This document shows, piece by piece, positions 1-10,038 of a DNA stretch of 64,000 nucleotides. A program made the translations under genes and the position numbers. Numbering within the stretch: position 1 is the stretch's first letter; the number at the start of each line of letters is the position of its first letter. This stretch comes from an uncultured Alphaproteobacteria bacterium (GTDB taxonomy: Bacteria; Pseudomonadota; Alphaproteobacteria; HIMB59): contig CABYQR010000003.1 of assembly GCA_902521155.1 (NCBI GenBank), positions 602 through 64,601 on the forward strand. Direction: 5' to 3'. The notes beneath the pieces were generated by a model. The model was not told where the DNA came from, did not search any database, and was given only the letters and a program-made list of their open reading frames with translations.

Positions 1-668
1 ATATTTAATTTTCCTACCTTAATGCTTTCAGCTTCCACCCATATCTTTTTTTTTAAATTAAAAATTCTTAATTTTTCATAAATAAGTGTTTCAAAATATT
101 TTTGAGTTGGTTGAATTTGATTTGGAATATTTCCCAAAATAGAACCTTTATGTTTAGCTAAACCTTCAAAATCAATAACTTGATACTGTTTAGATAACTC
201 TTTAAGAAATAAAGTTTTTCCTACTCCTGTTATGCCCATAATTTGATTATAATTATAATTTGGTGCATCTTTCTCTAAAAAATTGACAACAAACTTTCTA
301 TATGATTTGTACCCACCATCTAGCAGAAAAACTTCATAACCAATTTGCTTTAATACTAAATATAGACTAAGAGACCTGAGTCCACCTCGCCAACAATAAA
401 TTAAGATTTTATCTTTTTTTTCAAATTTAATTTTTGAAATTATATTAGAAATATTAGCACTAATTAATTGTGCACCTATTTTTTTAGCTAAAAAAGAATT
501 TTCTTTATATTGAATACCAATTTCATGTCGTTGAATATTACTTAAAACTGGCAGATTTACAGATCCAGGAATATGATCTTCCTTGTATTCAAGTGGTGTT
601 CTTACATCAATAATTACATTATAATTATCAAATATTTTATTTTTATATTCTATTTTGTTAATGCGCAT
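1..668 (-). CDS. mnmH: tRNA 2-selenouridine synthase (5' part; runs off window start)
   Basis: Not in the ORF track. Manual translation from ATG 668 gives MRINKIEYKNKIFDNYNVIIDVRTPLEYKEDHIPGSVNLPVL..., a rhodanese domain with YCWRGGLRS, then a P-loop GITGVGKT and IDFEGLAKHKGS. Confidence 0.9.
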   Translation of the reverse strand, partial: MRINKIEYKNKIFDNYNVIIDVRTPLEYKEDHIPGSVNLPVLSNIQRHEIGIQYKENSFLAKKIGAQLISANISNIISKIKFEKKDKILIYCWRGGLRSLSLYLVLKQIGYEVFLLDGGYKSYRKFVVNFLEKDAPNYNYNQIMGITGVGKTLFLKELSKQYQVIDFEGLAKHKGSILGNIPNQIQPTQKYFETLIYEKLRIFNLKKKIWVEAESIKVGKLN

Positions 669-1410
669 ATTCTTCATTTTATTAGCAACACTATATCCAT
701 ATTATCTCCACTCTAAAGATATTAATCTACAATATGAAATTGACTGGAATTCAATTCATTTAGCAGATATTTTTTGGAGTATTAGCATTGATAAAAATGA
801 ATATGAAATTGATTTTTTAATTAAAAGCTATGGTTTAACTGACAAAATATATAATTATGAATCTTTGACATCAGTAAACGGTTATATTCAAAATAATCAC
901 TTAAGGCCTTTAAAATATTCTAGTAAAACAAAGAGCTCAAATCAAGATGTCTATTCAAATATTGAATTTGATAATGATGGTAAGATAGCAAGCTTTGATA
1001 TTTCAAAACAAATAAGTGAAGATCAAGTTCAAATGCAAAAAAAAATACTAGACAAATATCTTTATTTTACAGATCCAATTTCTCAAATAACTCAATATTT
1101 TATATATAAAATTAATTCAGATAGAAATATAGTAGATGGTCTAAATATATATGAGCTTATTTCTGAAGTACTACCTTCTTATAAGTTTAAAGATAATAAT
1201 CCTACTATTTATCAAGGCAAAGCAGATATTTTGAAATTAACTTTTCCTTTCTTTCAAGGTCTTCATAAAAGTGAAAAAAAAAATAACCTACAAGAAATCA
1301 AAATGTATAATGCAAATATCAAAAATACAAATATTCCTGTAAGATTTGATATAATTTCTAAGAAATTTAATGCTAAACTCTACTTAAAAAGTTTTGAAAT
1401 AAATGAATGA
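661..1410 (+). CDS. Exported protein, DUF3108-like
   Basis: N-terminal signal peptide, beta-rich body starting LQYEIDW, and TDPIS motif. ATG 661 preferred over TTG 655. Confidence 0.55.
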   Translation: MRIFFILLATLYPYYLHSKDINLQYEIDWNSIHLADIFWSISIDKNEYEIDFLIKSYGLTDKIYNYESLTSVNGYIQNNHLRPLKYSSKTKSSNQDVYSNIEFDNDGKIASFDISKQISEDQVQMQKKILDKYLYFTDPISQITQYFIYKINSDRNIVDGLNIYELISEVLPSYKFKDNNPTIYQGKADILKLTFPFFQGLHKSEKKNNLQEIKMYNANIKNTNIPVRFDIISKKFNAKLYLKSFEINE

Positions 1411-1838
1411 TGATAATTACCAAAAAAAGATCACTTATAAAATCTCTAACATGGAGGTTATTAGGGTCAATTGATACTTTTATTCTTAGTTTAATTATAA
1501 TCAATTATTCCTCAGAGAAATATACTTACGATTTAGCTTTGTATATTGCATCTTTTGAAATTATTACAAAAACAATCCTTTACTATTTTCATGAAAGGAT
1601 TTGGAATATCTTTAAGATTGGAAGACTTAAAGAGAAGGTAAGAAGAGGTAGATCCCTTTTTAAAGCAATGACATGGAGAGTAATAGCCTCTTTGGATACT
1701 TTTTTCCTTAGTTATATTATAACTGGACGATTTGACTGGGCTACAAGTATTGCAATATTTGAAATTATCACTAAATCTATAATATATTATTTCCATGAAA
1801 GGGCTTGGAACAGAGTTAAATGGGGTAGGGTAATATAA
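1407..1838 (+). CDS. Membrane protein with two tandem DUF2061 domains
   Basis: Two copies of RSLxKxxTWR...DTF...EIITKxIxYYFHERxWN. Confidence 0.85.
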   Translation: MMIITKKRSLIKSLTWRLLGSIDTFILSLIIINYSSEKYTYDLALYIASFEIITKTILYYFHERIWNIFKIGRLKEKVRRGRSLFKAMTWRVIASLDTFFLSYIITGRFDWATSIAIFEIITKSIIYYFHERAWNRVKWGRVI

Positions 1839-1839
1839 A

Positions 1840-2184
1840 ATGAATAAAATATCTATTTTAGAATTAAATCTTCTTAAATTATTTAAAGGTGATTTACCCC
1901 TTTATAAAAGCTATTGGATCTATTATGTCTTAGGTAATTTTTTGATATCCGCTCCTTTACTTTTGGTGACAAAATTTCAAATACAAAAGTTTATCTATTC
2001 TTTTTCCTTGTATTTAGTTATTAATCTCATTTATTATTTTAGCTCCTGTATTGGTGTGTGGAGAAGTTCCCAAAGTTACAAAGGTAACAAAATATTAGCT
2101 TTTTTAGCTAGATTTGTTGTTGTAATAGGTATAATTACTACTGTTCTAGAGTTAAGAACAGTAATTTCAATTATTTATAGTTAG
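1840..2184 (+). CDS. Hypothetical membrane protein
   Basis: Three hydrophobic segments, LYKSYW and IGVWRS motifs, operonic spacing. Confidence 0.65.
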   Translation: MNKISILELNLLKLFKGDLPLYKSYWIYYVLGNFLISAPLLLVTKFQIQKFIYSFSLYLVINLIYYFSSCIGVWRSSQSYKGNKILAFLARFVVVIGIITTVLELRTVISIIYS

Positions 2185-2239
2185 TTATTAATAATCAATT
2201 TATCTTCTAATCTAAAAAAAAATCCATATTATATTTTTA

Positions 2240-2419
2240 ATGGATGACAATACCCAACTCCAAGTTAGAAAATTTCTAAAAAGATTAGGTATAAATTCAC
2301 AAGATCAGTTGTTAAAATATATTCAAGATAATCCGGGCTCAAAAGATATACCTATCAAAGTTATTTTTGAAATTGATGGTAAAGAATATTTTAAATTTGA
2401 AGATAAAATAGAAGACTAA
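2240..2419 (+). CDS. Small protein, DUF6494-like (59 aa)
   Basis: Missed by the ORF track: MDDNTQLQVRKFLKRLGINSQDQLLKYIQDNPGSKDIPIKVIFEIDGKEYFKFEDKIED*. The RKFLKxxGxxSQ motif matches this family and the ORF fills the gap in the operon. Confidence 0.75.
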   Translation: MDDNTQLQVRKFLKRLGINSQDQLLKYIQDNPGSKDIPIKVIFEIDGKEYFKFEDKIED

Positions 2420-2428
2420 TCATTTAAG

Positions 2429-3082
2429 ATGAAAAAAATTCAAAATTATTTTTTTAGTGGAATTTTAATTGTTGCTCCATTAGGTCTTTCAGTTTATGTG
2501 GCTTGGATTGTAGTAGGACTAGCAGATAGAATTTTTAGACCTTTTGTGCCTTTAGAGCAGCTAGGCATACCCTCTGAAATTCCTGGAGTTGGTTTAATAG
2601 TCGCTTTTCTTTTTTTCACAATTTTAGGTGCAATAGCAGGAAGTTTTTTTGGGAAATTTTATCATAAAGTAGTAGATGGAATTCTGTCAAGAATACCTGG
2701 TTTAAATTCAATTTATAGTACTGTTAAACAAATCATCGATACGTTCGCTACAACACAATCAAATGCCTTTAAGGAAGTAGTTTTAATTGAGTATCCTCAT
2801 AAAGATATATATGCACTTGCTTTTTTAACAAGTGAAACAAAGGGAGAAATAGCAACTAAAAAGAAAATTAAGATGATAAATGTTTTTATGCCATCTACCC
2901 CTAATCCAACTACTGGTTTTTTAATGTTTGTTCCCTTATCAAAATGCATACGACTTTCTATGTCAGTTGATCAGGCTATTAAATATATAATATCTGCTGG
3001 CCTAGTTACACCAACAGCACCTGCTATTAAAAAAACAATTATAAAGAAGAAAACTTCTCCAAAAAAATTAGCTAAAAAGTAA
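2429..3082 (+). CDS. DUF502 family membrane protein
   Basis: IPGxG, SIYSTVKQI, VLIEYP and VFMPSTPNPTTGFL motifs. Confidence 0.9.
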   Translation: MKKIQNYFFSGILIVAPLGLSVYVAWIVVGLADRIFRPFVPLEQLGIPSEIPGVGLIVAFLFFTILGAIAGSFFGKFYHKVVDGILSRIPGLNSIYSTVKQIIDTFATTQSNAFKEVVLIEYPHKDIYALAFLTSETKGEIATKKKIKMINVFMPSTPNPTTGFLMFVPLSKCIRLSMSVDQAIKYIISAGLVTPTAPAIKKTIIKKKTSPKKLAKK

Positions 3083-5137
3083 CTTTATAGCTTCCTGTTG
3101 TTTGAAAAATAATAATAATTTATAGATGTTCTTTTTGAATTTATCATTTTCATATTCATGACTTGTAATAATTTCTTTTACATATTCTAGGGAATCTATG
3201 ATGAGTTCTTGATCCTGTGATGGATTAACATATTTAAATAGTGAGTCACCACTTTGACGATATCCTAAAATATCTCCTGTTCCTCTTATCTCTAAATCCT
3301 TTTCTGCTAACTTAAAGCCATCAATATTATTTTTAAAAATTTGAAGCCTCTCCGAAGATATTTCTGTGATTTCTTTGCCATAGATTGAAAAACAATATCC
3401 TTGAAGGTCCCCTCTGCCAACTCTCCCTCTTAATTGATGTAATTGAGAAAGTCCAAACTTCTCAGCATTCTCAATAACAATAAAATTAGCATTTTTATTA
3501 TCTATGCCAACCTCTACAACTGTTGTAGCTACTAAAACTTTAATTATCCCTTTTTTGAATTTGTTAATAATTAATTCTTTTTCTTGAGATTTCATTTTAC
3601 CATGCAACATTTGAACGTCTTCACCAAAGATTTTTTTAAGAGATTTATATCTACTATCCACATCCTTATATACTAGGTTATCCGATGCTTCTACTAAGGG
3701 GCAAATCCAATAAGCTTGATTTAGTTCATTGACATTCTTTTTTAAATAAAAAGCTAGATCATTAATTTTAGAAGTATTAGAAACTTTGGTAATAATTGGT
3801 TTTTGAAATGCTGGCCTTTCATTAATGATTATTTGTTCAATTTCTCCATATTGAGCTAAAGCTAGAGTTCTGGGGATGGGAGTTGCAGACATAAGAAGAA
3901 TATTTGTATCAATTCCTTTTTCTGCTAAAAAAAGTCTTTGTTGAACTCCAAATCGATGCTGCTCATCAATAATAACATAAGATAAATTATTAAATTCTAA
4001 ATTTTCTTGAAATATAGCATGTGTCCCCACTATAAAATTAAATTTATTTTTAGAAATCTTGGAATAGATGTCAGTTTTATCCTTTGTACTTCCTGTTAGT
4101 AAAACAACTCTCAAATCTTGATTTGATAAAAAATTAATTACGTTTTCATATATTTGCTGAGCTAATATTTCAGTAGGTGCCATATATGCTACTTGTAAGT
4201 TTTTATTTAAAAAGGGAATAGATGAGAGAAGAGCTACAATAGTCTTACCAGATCCCACATCTCCTTGAAGTAAAATGGTCTCTCTATATTGAGAATTATT
4301 TAATTTGTTAATATCACTAATGGCATTTTTTTGTTTATTAGTTAATTGAAAAGGTAATAGATTTGAGATTTCAGCCTGTTTAGAGTAATTTAAGTTTAGA
4401 GATTTTAGCTTTTTTTTAGTTTTTTCTTTTAAATATCTAATAGCAAAATAATTTGAAACTAATTCATCAACAGCTAACCTCTTTCTAAATACTTCTTTCT
4501 TAACCACTTCTTGTAAATTATCTGGAAAGTGAATTTTTTTTAAAGAATATTCAAAGCTATGAAATTGATATTTGCTAATTAATTTTTCATTTAGCCATTC
4601 ATCAAAATTATTTATATGATCTTTGCCATTATTAAGAATTTTTTTTATATCTTTTAAAAGAATACCTCTAGTTAATGGATAAATATTTTCTAATCTTCTT
4701 AAATTTTGTTCATTTTCAACTTCTTCTATATAATCAGGATGTGCAATACTAAGATTGCTTTTATAAAAAGATATTTTACCACTAATAATGAATTCTTTAT
4801 TTTCAGGATATTTTGTTCTTAAAAAATTACCTTTCATGGAAAAGTAGATAATATTTACTATTAGAGATCCTTTAGTACACTCAATTACATAAGGAAGTCT
4901 TGGGTTAAAAGGAGGGCGATGTTTTTTTATCTTAACTAAAGTTGTTATAACTTGGCCTTTTTCTAAAGTTTTAAAATCTATATCTTGAGTTCTGTCAATT
5001 ACTCGGGTAGGTAAGATATAAAAGGCATCTAAGACAATTTTGATACCTAAATTTTTTAAATATGATGCTTTTTTAGGCCCAATACCTTTAAGTTTATCTA
5101 CATTTTGATATAAGGGGGATAAGTCATTACTAGTCAT
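3068..5137 (-). CDS. recG: ATP-dependent DNA helicase RecG
   Basis: LQGDVGSGKT, MAPTEILA, IIDEQHRFGV, MSATPIPRTL, QLHQLRGRVGRG, DLEIRGTG. Confidence 0.97.
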   Translation of the reverse strand: MTSNDLSPLYQNVDKLKGIGPKKASYLKNLGIKIVLDAFYILPTRVIDRTQDIDFKTLEKGQVITTLVKIKKHRPPFNPRLPYVIECTKGSLIVNIIYFSMKGNFLRTKYPENKEFIISGKISFYKSNLSIAHPDYIEEVENEQNLRRLENIYPLTRGILLKDIKKILNNGKDHINNFDEWLNEKLISKYQFHSFEYSLKKIHFPDNLQEVVKKEVFRKRLAVDELVSNYFAIRYLKEKTKKKLKSLNLNYSKQAEISNLLPFQLTNKQKNAISDINKLNNSQYRETILLQGDVGSGKTIVALLSSIPFLNKNLQVAYMAPTEILAQQIYENVINFLSNQDLRVVLLTGSTKDKTDIYSKISKNKFNFIVGTHAIFQENLEFNNLSYVIIDEQHRFGVQQRLFLAEKGIDTNILLMSATPIPRTLALAQYGEIEQIIINERPAFQKPIITKVSNTSKINDLAFYLKKNVNELNQAYWICPLVEASDNLVYKDVDSRYKSLKKIFGEDVQMLHGKMKSQEKELIINKFKKGIIKVLVATTVVEVGIDNKNANFIVIENAEKFGLSQLHQLRGRVGRGDLQGYCFSIYGKEITEISSERLQIFKNNIDGFKLAEKDLEIRGTGDILGYRQSGDSLFKYVNPSQDQELIIDSLEYVKEIITSHEYENDKFKKNIYKLLLFFKQQEAIKLLFS

Positions 5138-5381
5138 GGTTAATATTCAAGATAGATTAAAAAAAATAAAATATCGATGCCAAACATTAGGAATTAAAGA
5201 ATTAGATGTCACGTTCTCTAAGATCTATAAAAGAATTGAAAATTCAAACAACACTTCAATTATAGATTTAATGGAAGATCTATTAGAGAATGAAACACAG
5301 TATATCTTCGATCTTTTTTTTAATGAAGTCTCAAAAAAAGATAAACAAAAATATTCACCCATTATTGATTTATCAAAGTAG
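5136..5381 (+). CDS. sdhE: Succinate dehydrogenase assembly factor 2 (SdhE/Sdh5)-like, divergent
   Basis: KYRCQTLGIKELD resembles YRxxxRGxxExD. Conserved position between recG and mfd in Alphaproteobacteria. Confidence 0.65.
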   Translation: MVNIQDRLKKIKYRCQTLGIKELDVTFSKIYKRIENSNNTSIIDLMEDLLENETQYIFDLFFNEVSKKDKQKYSPIIDLSK

Positions 5382-5395
5382 AAAAGTCTAATTTT

Positions 5396-8300
5396 ATGTC
5401 TAATTCTAAATTTATTCTTTTATGCGAAGATGATAAAATAGCTTTAGACTTTTTAAATATATATAAAGCGCAATATCCTTCTATTAAGATTTGCTATTTC
5501 CCAGCTCATGATTCACTTCCATTCAGTACTGAAAAATCAAGTGAACAAATACTTTTAGATAGATCTAAGAGTTTAATAAATATTAACAAAAATGAAGTCA
5601 TCATAATAACTTGTAATAATCTTTTAAAACTAATTGAAATTAATAAAGGTGTTGATCACTATTTTAAGATTAAGACTAATCAACAATTAAAATTAAAAGA
5701 AATTGTAAAAAAATTAGTTGAATTTGGACATAATAATAATCCTAATGTTTATAATAAATTAGAGTTTTCGCAAAGAGGTGACATCTTAGATATTTATAAT
5801 TGCCAAACAAATCCATATAGAATTTCTTTCTTTGATAATACGATTGAGTCTATCAAACAATTTAATCCTCAAAGTCAATTAACTAACAAAAAAGAAATTG
5901 ATGAAATAACTATTGTAAATCCTTTTATTGAGTCTACTGAAACTAATCATAAAAGTACAAATATTCTAGAATTGCTTGAGGGTTATGATATCAAAACATT
6001 AAATAGAGGTGATTTAATTTTATATGAAAGAATTAAATTTTTTAAATCAATTTATAAACAAAGTGGCATAATAGATCCATATGAGAATTTTTATTTAGAT
6101 GAAGAAATCTTTAAAAAAATCAATTTTGAAAATATTCAAATATCAACTCCAAAGATTTATTTAGATACAAAAAATGTATCTTTGGACTCACTTACTGGCA
6201 TTAAATCTAAAATCATTATACATGAAGGATCTAATGAAACTTCTTTTAAGAAAGAATATTTTGAAAAAATTAAAATAGAACCAAACTATGCCAATAACAT
6301 AACATTTGTAGATACGGTAATTTCTAAAAACTTATCTAGTAATGGGTATATCCACATTAATGCCTACAATAAACCATCCAAGAATGCATTCACAGAGAAT
6401 GTTGTAAGTTTTAATGAGTTAAGTCTTGGCGATGCAATAGTTCATCAAAAACATGGTATAGGAAGATTTTTATCCATAGATAGTATTGAAATAAGTCATA
6501 GAATTAGAGAGTTTGTAAGATTGATTTATCGAAATAATGATAAATTACTACTACCTATAGAAAATTTAAATTTAATATCTAGATACGGTTTTGATGATAG
6601 TGGTGTTATTTTAGATAAATTAGGTAGTTCTGATTTTTCTATTAGAAAAAACTCTGTAAAGAAAAAGATTAAATTTCTTGCCAATAAGTTGCTTAAAAAT
6701 GCCGCCAGAAGAGAGACTTTATCTATTAAATCATTTGACTATTCTGAAAGTAATCTTGAAAAATTTAATAAACAGTTTGGTTTTATTGAAACTGAGGATC
6801 AATTAAATTCTATTGATGTCTCTTTATCAGATCTAAAATCTAATAAACCAGCAAATAGATTAATATGTGGAGATGTTGGTTTTGGTAAAACTGAAGTAGC
6901 TCTCAGAATTGCCTGTGCTACTTATCTATCTGGTTTTCAATTCATAATAGTTGTTCCTACTACTTTATTAGCATTACAGCATAGTCGAACATTTTCTGAT
7001 AGATTTTTAATTTTTAATGAAAGAGTCGCTACTCTATCAAGGTTTACTTCACAAAAAGAAAAAAATGAAATACTTGAAAAGCTTCGAACTGGCGATATTC
7101 AAATACTCATAGCTACACATAGTTTATTTAAAAAAGAAATAGAATTTAATAACCTCGGTACTTTAGTAATAGATGAAGAACAAAAGTTTGGAGTAGATCA
7201 AAAAGAATACCTAATAAATAAATATCCTCACATCCATCTATTTTCACTATCTGCAACTCCCATACCTAGAACACTTCAAATGTCTTTGTTGGGATTAAAA
7301 GATTTAAGTGTAATTGGAACACCGCCCTCTAATAGGTTAGCCATTAGAACTTATGTACAAAGATATGAGCAGGTTTCTTTTTTAACTGCTGTTAATAATG
7401 AAATTTCAAGAAATGGTCAAATTTTTATTGTTGTTCCTCGAATAAGTCATATCCCATTTGTTGAAAGTGAGATTAAGAAATTAAATTTAAATATTAGTTA
7501 TGGGATAGGACATAGCAAAATGAAAGAAAAAGATATAGAGGAAGTCTTTATGTCATTTTCTGAAGGTAGAATACAATGTTTAATATCTACTAATATTATT
7601 GAGTCAGGCATTGATATTAAAAATGCTAATACACTTATAATTTTTAATTCTAATTTATTTGGTTTATCGCAACTTTATCAATTAAGAGGTAGGGTAGGTA
7701 GGTCTGATATAAGAGCTTATGCTTATTTATTTCATGATAGCGAAAAACTTATTAATAAAACGGCACTTAAAAAATTACAAGTGCTAGCAAATTATGAAAA
7801 TTTGGGATCCAATTTTCAATTAGCAAATGAAGATTTAGAGATTAGAGGAGCTGGTAATCTTTTAGGTGATGAACAAAGTGGTCATGTTAAAGAAATAGGA
7901 ATTGAACTCTATCAAAGCATGCTAAGGGAAGAAGTTGAAAGACAAAAAAACAATACATCACCTGAACAAGAAAAATATGAAGATTTTGAATTTAATGCCT
8001 ATTTTGAATATTATATTTCGAAGAATTATATAAAAGATGATATATCAAGATTAATTATTTATCGAAAATTAACAAACGCTCAATCATCACTGGAATTAAA
8101 AAGCATCCTTAATGAAATGTATGATAGGTATGGTAACTACCCACCTGAGGTTACAAATCTTATAAATCTCTTACAAATTAAATTAAAATCCATATCAGTA
8201 GGAATTATCAAAATTAATATTCAAAAAAAATATATAGATCTCTCTTTTATTAAAGTATCTGAAGAAATTTCTAAAATACTAATAAATATGGTTCAAGATA

Positions 8301-8404
8301 AGATTATCAAAATGAAAAGTTCAAAGGTTATAAAAATAAAAAATGCAGAAAAGGAAGATATTTTTTATACTATAAATTTATTCTATAAAAAGTTAGGATT
8401 ATAA
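5396..8404 (+). CDS. mfd: Transcription-repair coupling factor Mfd (compact, 1002 aa)
   Basis: EFSQRGDILDI, CarD-like VHQKHGIG, CGDVGFGKTEVA, IDEEQKFGV, SATPIPRTL, LYQLRGRVGRS, C-terminal TRCF domain. Confidence 0.95.
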   Translation: MSNSKFILLCEDDKIALDFLNIYKAQYPSIKICYFPAHDSLPFSTEKSSEQILLDRSKSLININKNEVIIITCNNLLKLIEINKGVDHYFKIKTNQQLKLKEIVKKLVEFGHNNNPNVYNKLEFSQRGDILDIYNCQTNPYRISFFDNTIESIKQFNPQSQLTNKKEIDEITIVNPFIESTETNHKSTNILELLEGYDIKTLNRGDLILYERIKFFKSIYKQSGIIDPYENFYLDEEIFKKINFENIQISTPKIYLDTKNVSLDSLTGIKSKIIIHEGSNETSFKKEYFEKIKIEPNYANNITFVDTVISKNLSSNGYIHINAYNKPSKNAFTENVVSFNELSLGDAIVHQKHGIGRFLSIDSIEISHRIREFVRLIYRNNDKLLLPIENLNLISRYGFDDSGVILDKLGSSDFSIRKNSVKKKIKFLANKLLKNAARRETLSIKSFDYSESNLEKFNKQFGFIETEDQLNSIDVSLSDLKSNKPANRLICGDVGFGKTEVALRIACATYLSGFQFIIVVPTTLLALQHSRTFSDRFLIFNERVATLSRFTSQKEKNEILEKLRTGDIQILIATHSLFKKEIEFNNLGTLVIDEEQKFGVDQKEYLINKYPHIHLFSLSATPIPRTLQMSLLGLKDLSVIGTPPSNRLAIRTYVQRYEQVSFLTAVNNEISRNGQIFIVVPRISHIPFVESEIKKLNLNISYGIGHSKMKEKDIEEVFMSFSEGRIQCLISTNIIESGIDIKNANTLIIFNSNLFGLSQLYQLRGRVGRSDIRAYAYLFHDSEKLINKTALKKLQVLANYENLGSNFQLANEDLEIRGAGNLLGDEQSGHVKEIGIELYQSMLREEVERQKNNTSPEQEKYEDFEFNAYFEYYISKNYIKDDISRLIIYRKLTNAQSSLELKSILNEMYDRYGNYPPEVTNLINLLQIKLKSISVGIIKINIQKKYIDLSFIKVSEEISKILINMVQDKIIKMKSSKVIKIKNAEKEDIFYTINLFYKKLGL

Positions 8405-8405
8405 A

Positions 8406-8603
8406 ATGGAGAACATGGATCAACAACTTCCTAAGACTAATGCAGATTGGGCTATATATTATAACTCTATTCTAGAAGAACTGACAGAAAATCAAAAAGA
8501 AATTGGTCAACCTATTTCTGTAGATGAATTTCATGCGCTTCCTATAAAACGAAAGCAAAAATATATGAAAAAATTATATTTAAAAATTGGCGATGCAGAG
8601 TAA
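8406..8603 (+). CDS. Hypothetical protein
   Basis: 65-aa ORF packed tightly between mfd and the next gene. Confidence 0.6.
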   Translation: MENMDQQLPKTNADWAIYYNSILEELTENQKEIGQPISVDEFHALPIKRKQKYMKKLYLKIGDAE

Positions 8604-9561
8604 AGATTATATTCCTAATATTGATTTATCAGAAATATTAGAAAATAGTAAATCTGAAGCTATTATAAATAAAATTAAGTTGGCTTCTGAAGAGGTTGGT
8701 TTTTTTACAGTCACCAATCATGGAATTCCTCTTTCTCAAATAGAAAATTTATTAAGCACTTGTAAGAAATTTTTTTACTTACCTAAGAAAGAAAAAATTA
8801 AAATTGCTCCTAAAAAATGGAACCGTAATACCGATACAATTTATAGAGGATATTTTCCAAGTGAAGTTAATGGTAAAGAAGGCCTTGATATTGGTGATCC
8901 CAAATTAACAATTGATATGAATGAACTTCTAGTTAAAGAGAAATTCGAAGTTAATCATGATATGTCATTTCTTGATCCTCAATGGCAAATAACTATCAAT
9001 GAATATTTTGATAGTATCCATAATCTTGGAATTTTAATTTTTAAAGCAATTATAAGCTCTTATTCAAGTAATACTATTTTAGCAGAAAAGGCTTTTATAA
9101 GACCTAAAACGTTATCAACCCTTAGATTTAACTATTATCCTAAGCAAGAGAAACCTGTAGAGGTATCTGCTCAAGATGGAGTAGCACTCGGTTGCGAAAC
9201 CCATGTTGATAGTGGAATTATGACTATTTTGTATCAGGATAAAAAAGGAGGTCTTCAAGTCCAAAATAGACATACGCTCGAGTGGCATGATGTACCTCAT
9301 GATCCCAATGCTTTTGTAATTAATACTGGTCTTGCTTTAGAATGTCTTACAAATGGTAAAATGAAAGCAACTAATCATCGAGTCTTATTTAACCAAGAAG
9401 AAAGAGTATCTATTCCTTTCTTTTTTGAGCCTTCTTATGATTTTGTACTAGATCCTAAACATTTAAATATTTCAGAAGAGAATAAATATGATATTGATAA
9501 CTATGAGAATTTTTTAACTAATTCTCTTAAAAAATTTGTTGAATATGACAGGGCTAATTAA
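8593..9561 (+). CDS. Isopenicillin N synthase family 2OG-Fe(II) oxygenase
   Basis: IPNIDLS, GFFTVTNHGI, LRFNYYP, HVD...H facial triad, RVSIPFF. Confidence 0.9.
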   Translation: MQSKDYIPNIDLSEILENSKSEAIINKIKLASEEVGFFTVTNHGIPLSQIENLLSTCKKFFYLPKKEKIKIAPKKWNRNTDTIYRGYFPSEVNGKEGLDIGDPKLTIDMNELLVKEKFEVNHDMSFLDPQWQITINEYFDSIHNLGILIFKAIISSYSSNTILAEKAFIRPKTLSTLRFNYYPKQEKPVEVSAQDGVALGCETHVDSGIMTILYQDKKGGLQVQNRHTLEWHDVPHDPNAFVINTGLALECLTNGKMKATNHRVLFNQEERVSIPFFFEPSYDFVLDPKHLNISEENKYDIDNYENFLTNSLKKFVEYDRAN

Positions 9562-10006
9562 AAAACTTTTTATTTTATCAGTGTTTGGACTTTTGGGTTG
9601 TAACAACATGATAGACGGAGTTAATAAATCTGATACTCAAAGAATTAACACAGTAAAATATGGCACTTTAGTTGCCGCAGAACCAGTTAAGATTAAAGGC
9701 GAAGATGATGGTCTAGGTGCTATTACAGGGGGGTTATTAGGCGCTGTTATAGGCTGTGGTGAGGGCATATTTGATGATGAATGCAGAGACACTGTAGCTG
9801 TAGTAGGAGCTATTGGAGGTGCCATTATAGGTAATGCTGTAGCTTCAAGATTGGGTGATCATAATGGTTTTCAATATGTTATTGACGTAGAAGACAGTGA
9901 TGAAGATATTTCTATAGTTCAATCTGGCGATGAACAAATTCCCATAGGTTCAAAAGTTACTGTTTCAATTGGAGCTAATACTAGAATTATTCAATCTGAT
10001 AGTTAA
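9545..10006 (+). CDS. Glycine-zipper outer membrane lipoprotein (SlyB/Pcp-like)
   Basis: Lipobox LLGC; GAITGGLLGAVIG and GAIGGAIIG glycine zippers; ISIVQ. Confidence 0.85.
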   Translation: MTGLIKKLFILSVFGLLGCNNMIDGVNKSDTQRINTVKYGTLVAAEPVKIKGEDDGLGAITGGLLGAVIGCGEGIFDDECRDTVAVVGAIGGAIIGNAVASRLGDHNGFQYVIDVEDSDEDISIVQSGDEQIPIGSKVTVSIGANTRIIQSDS

Positions 10007-10038
10007 ATAAATTTAATTTTAAATAAGGAGAAACTTAG

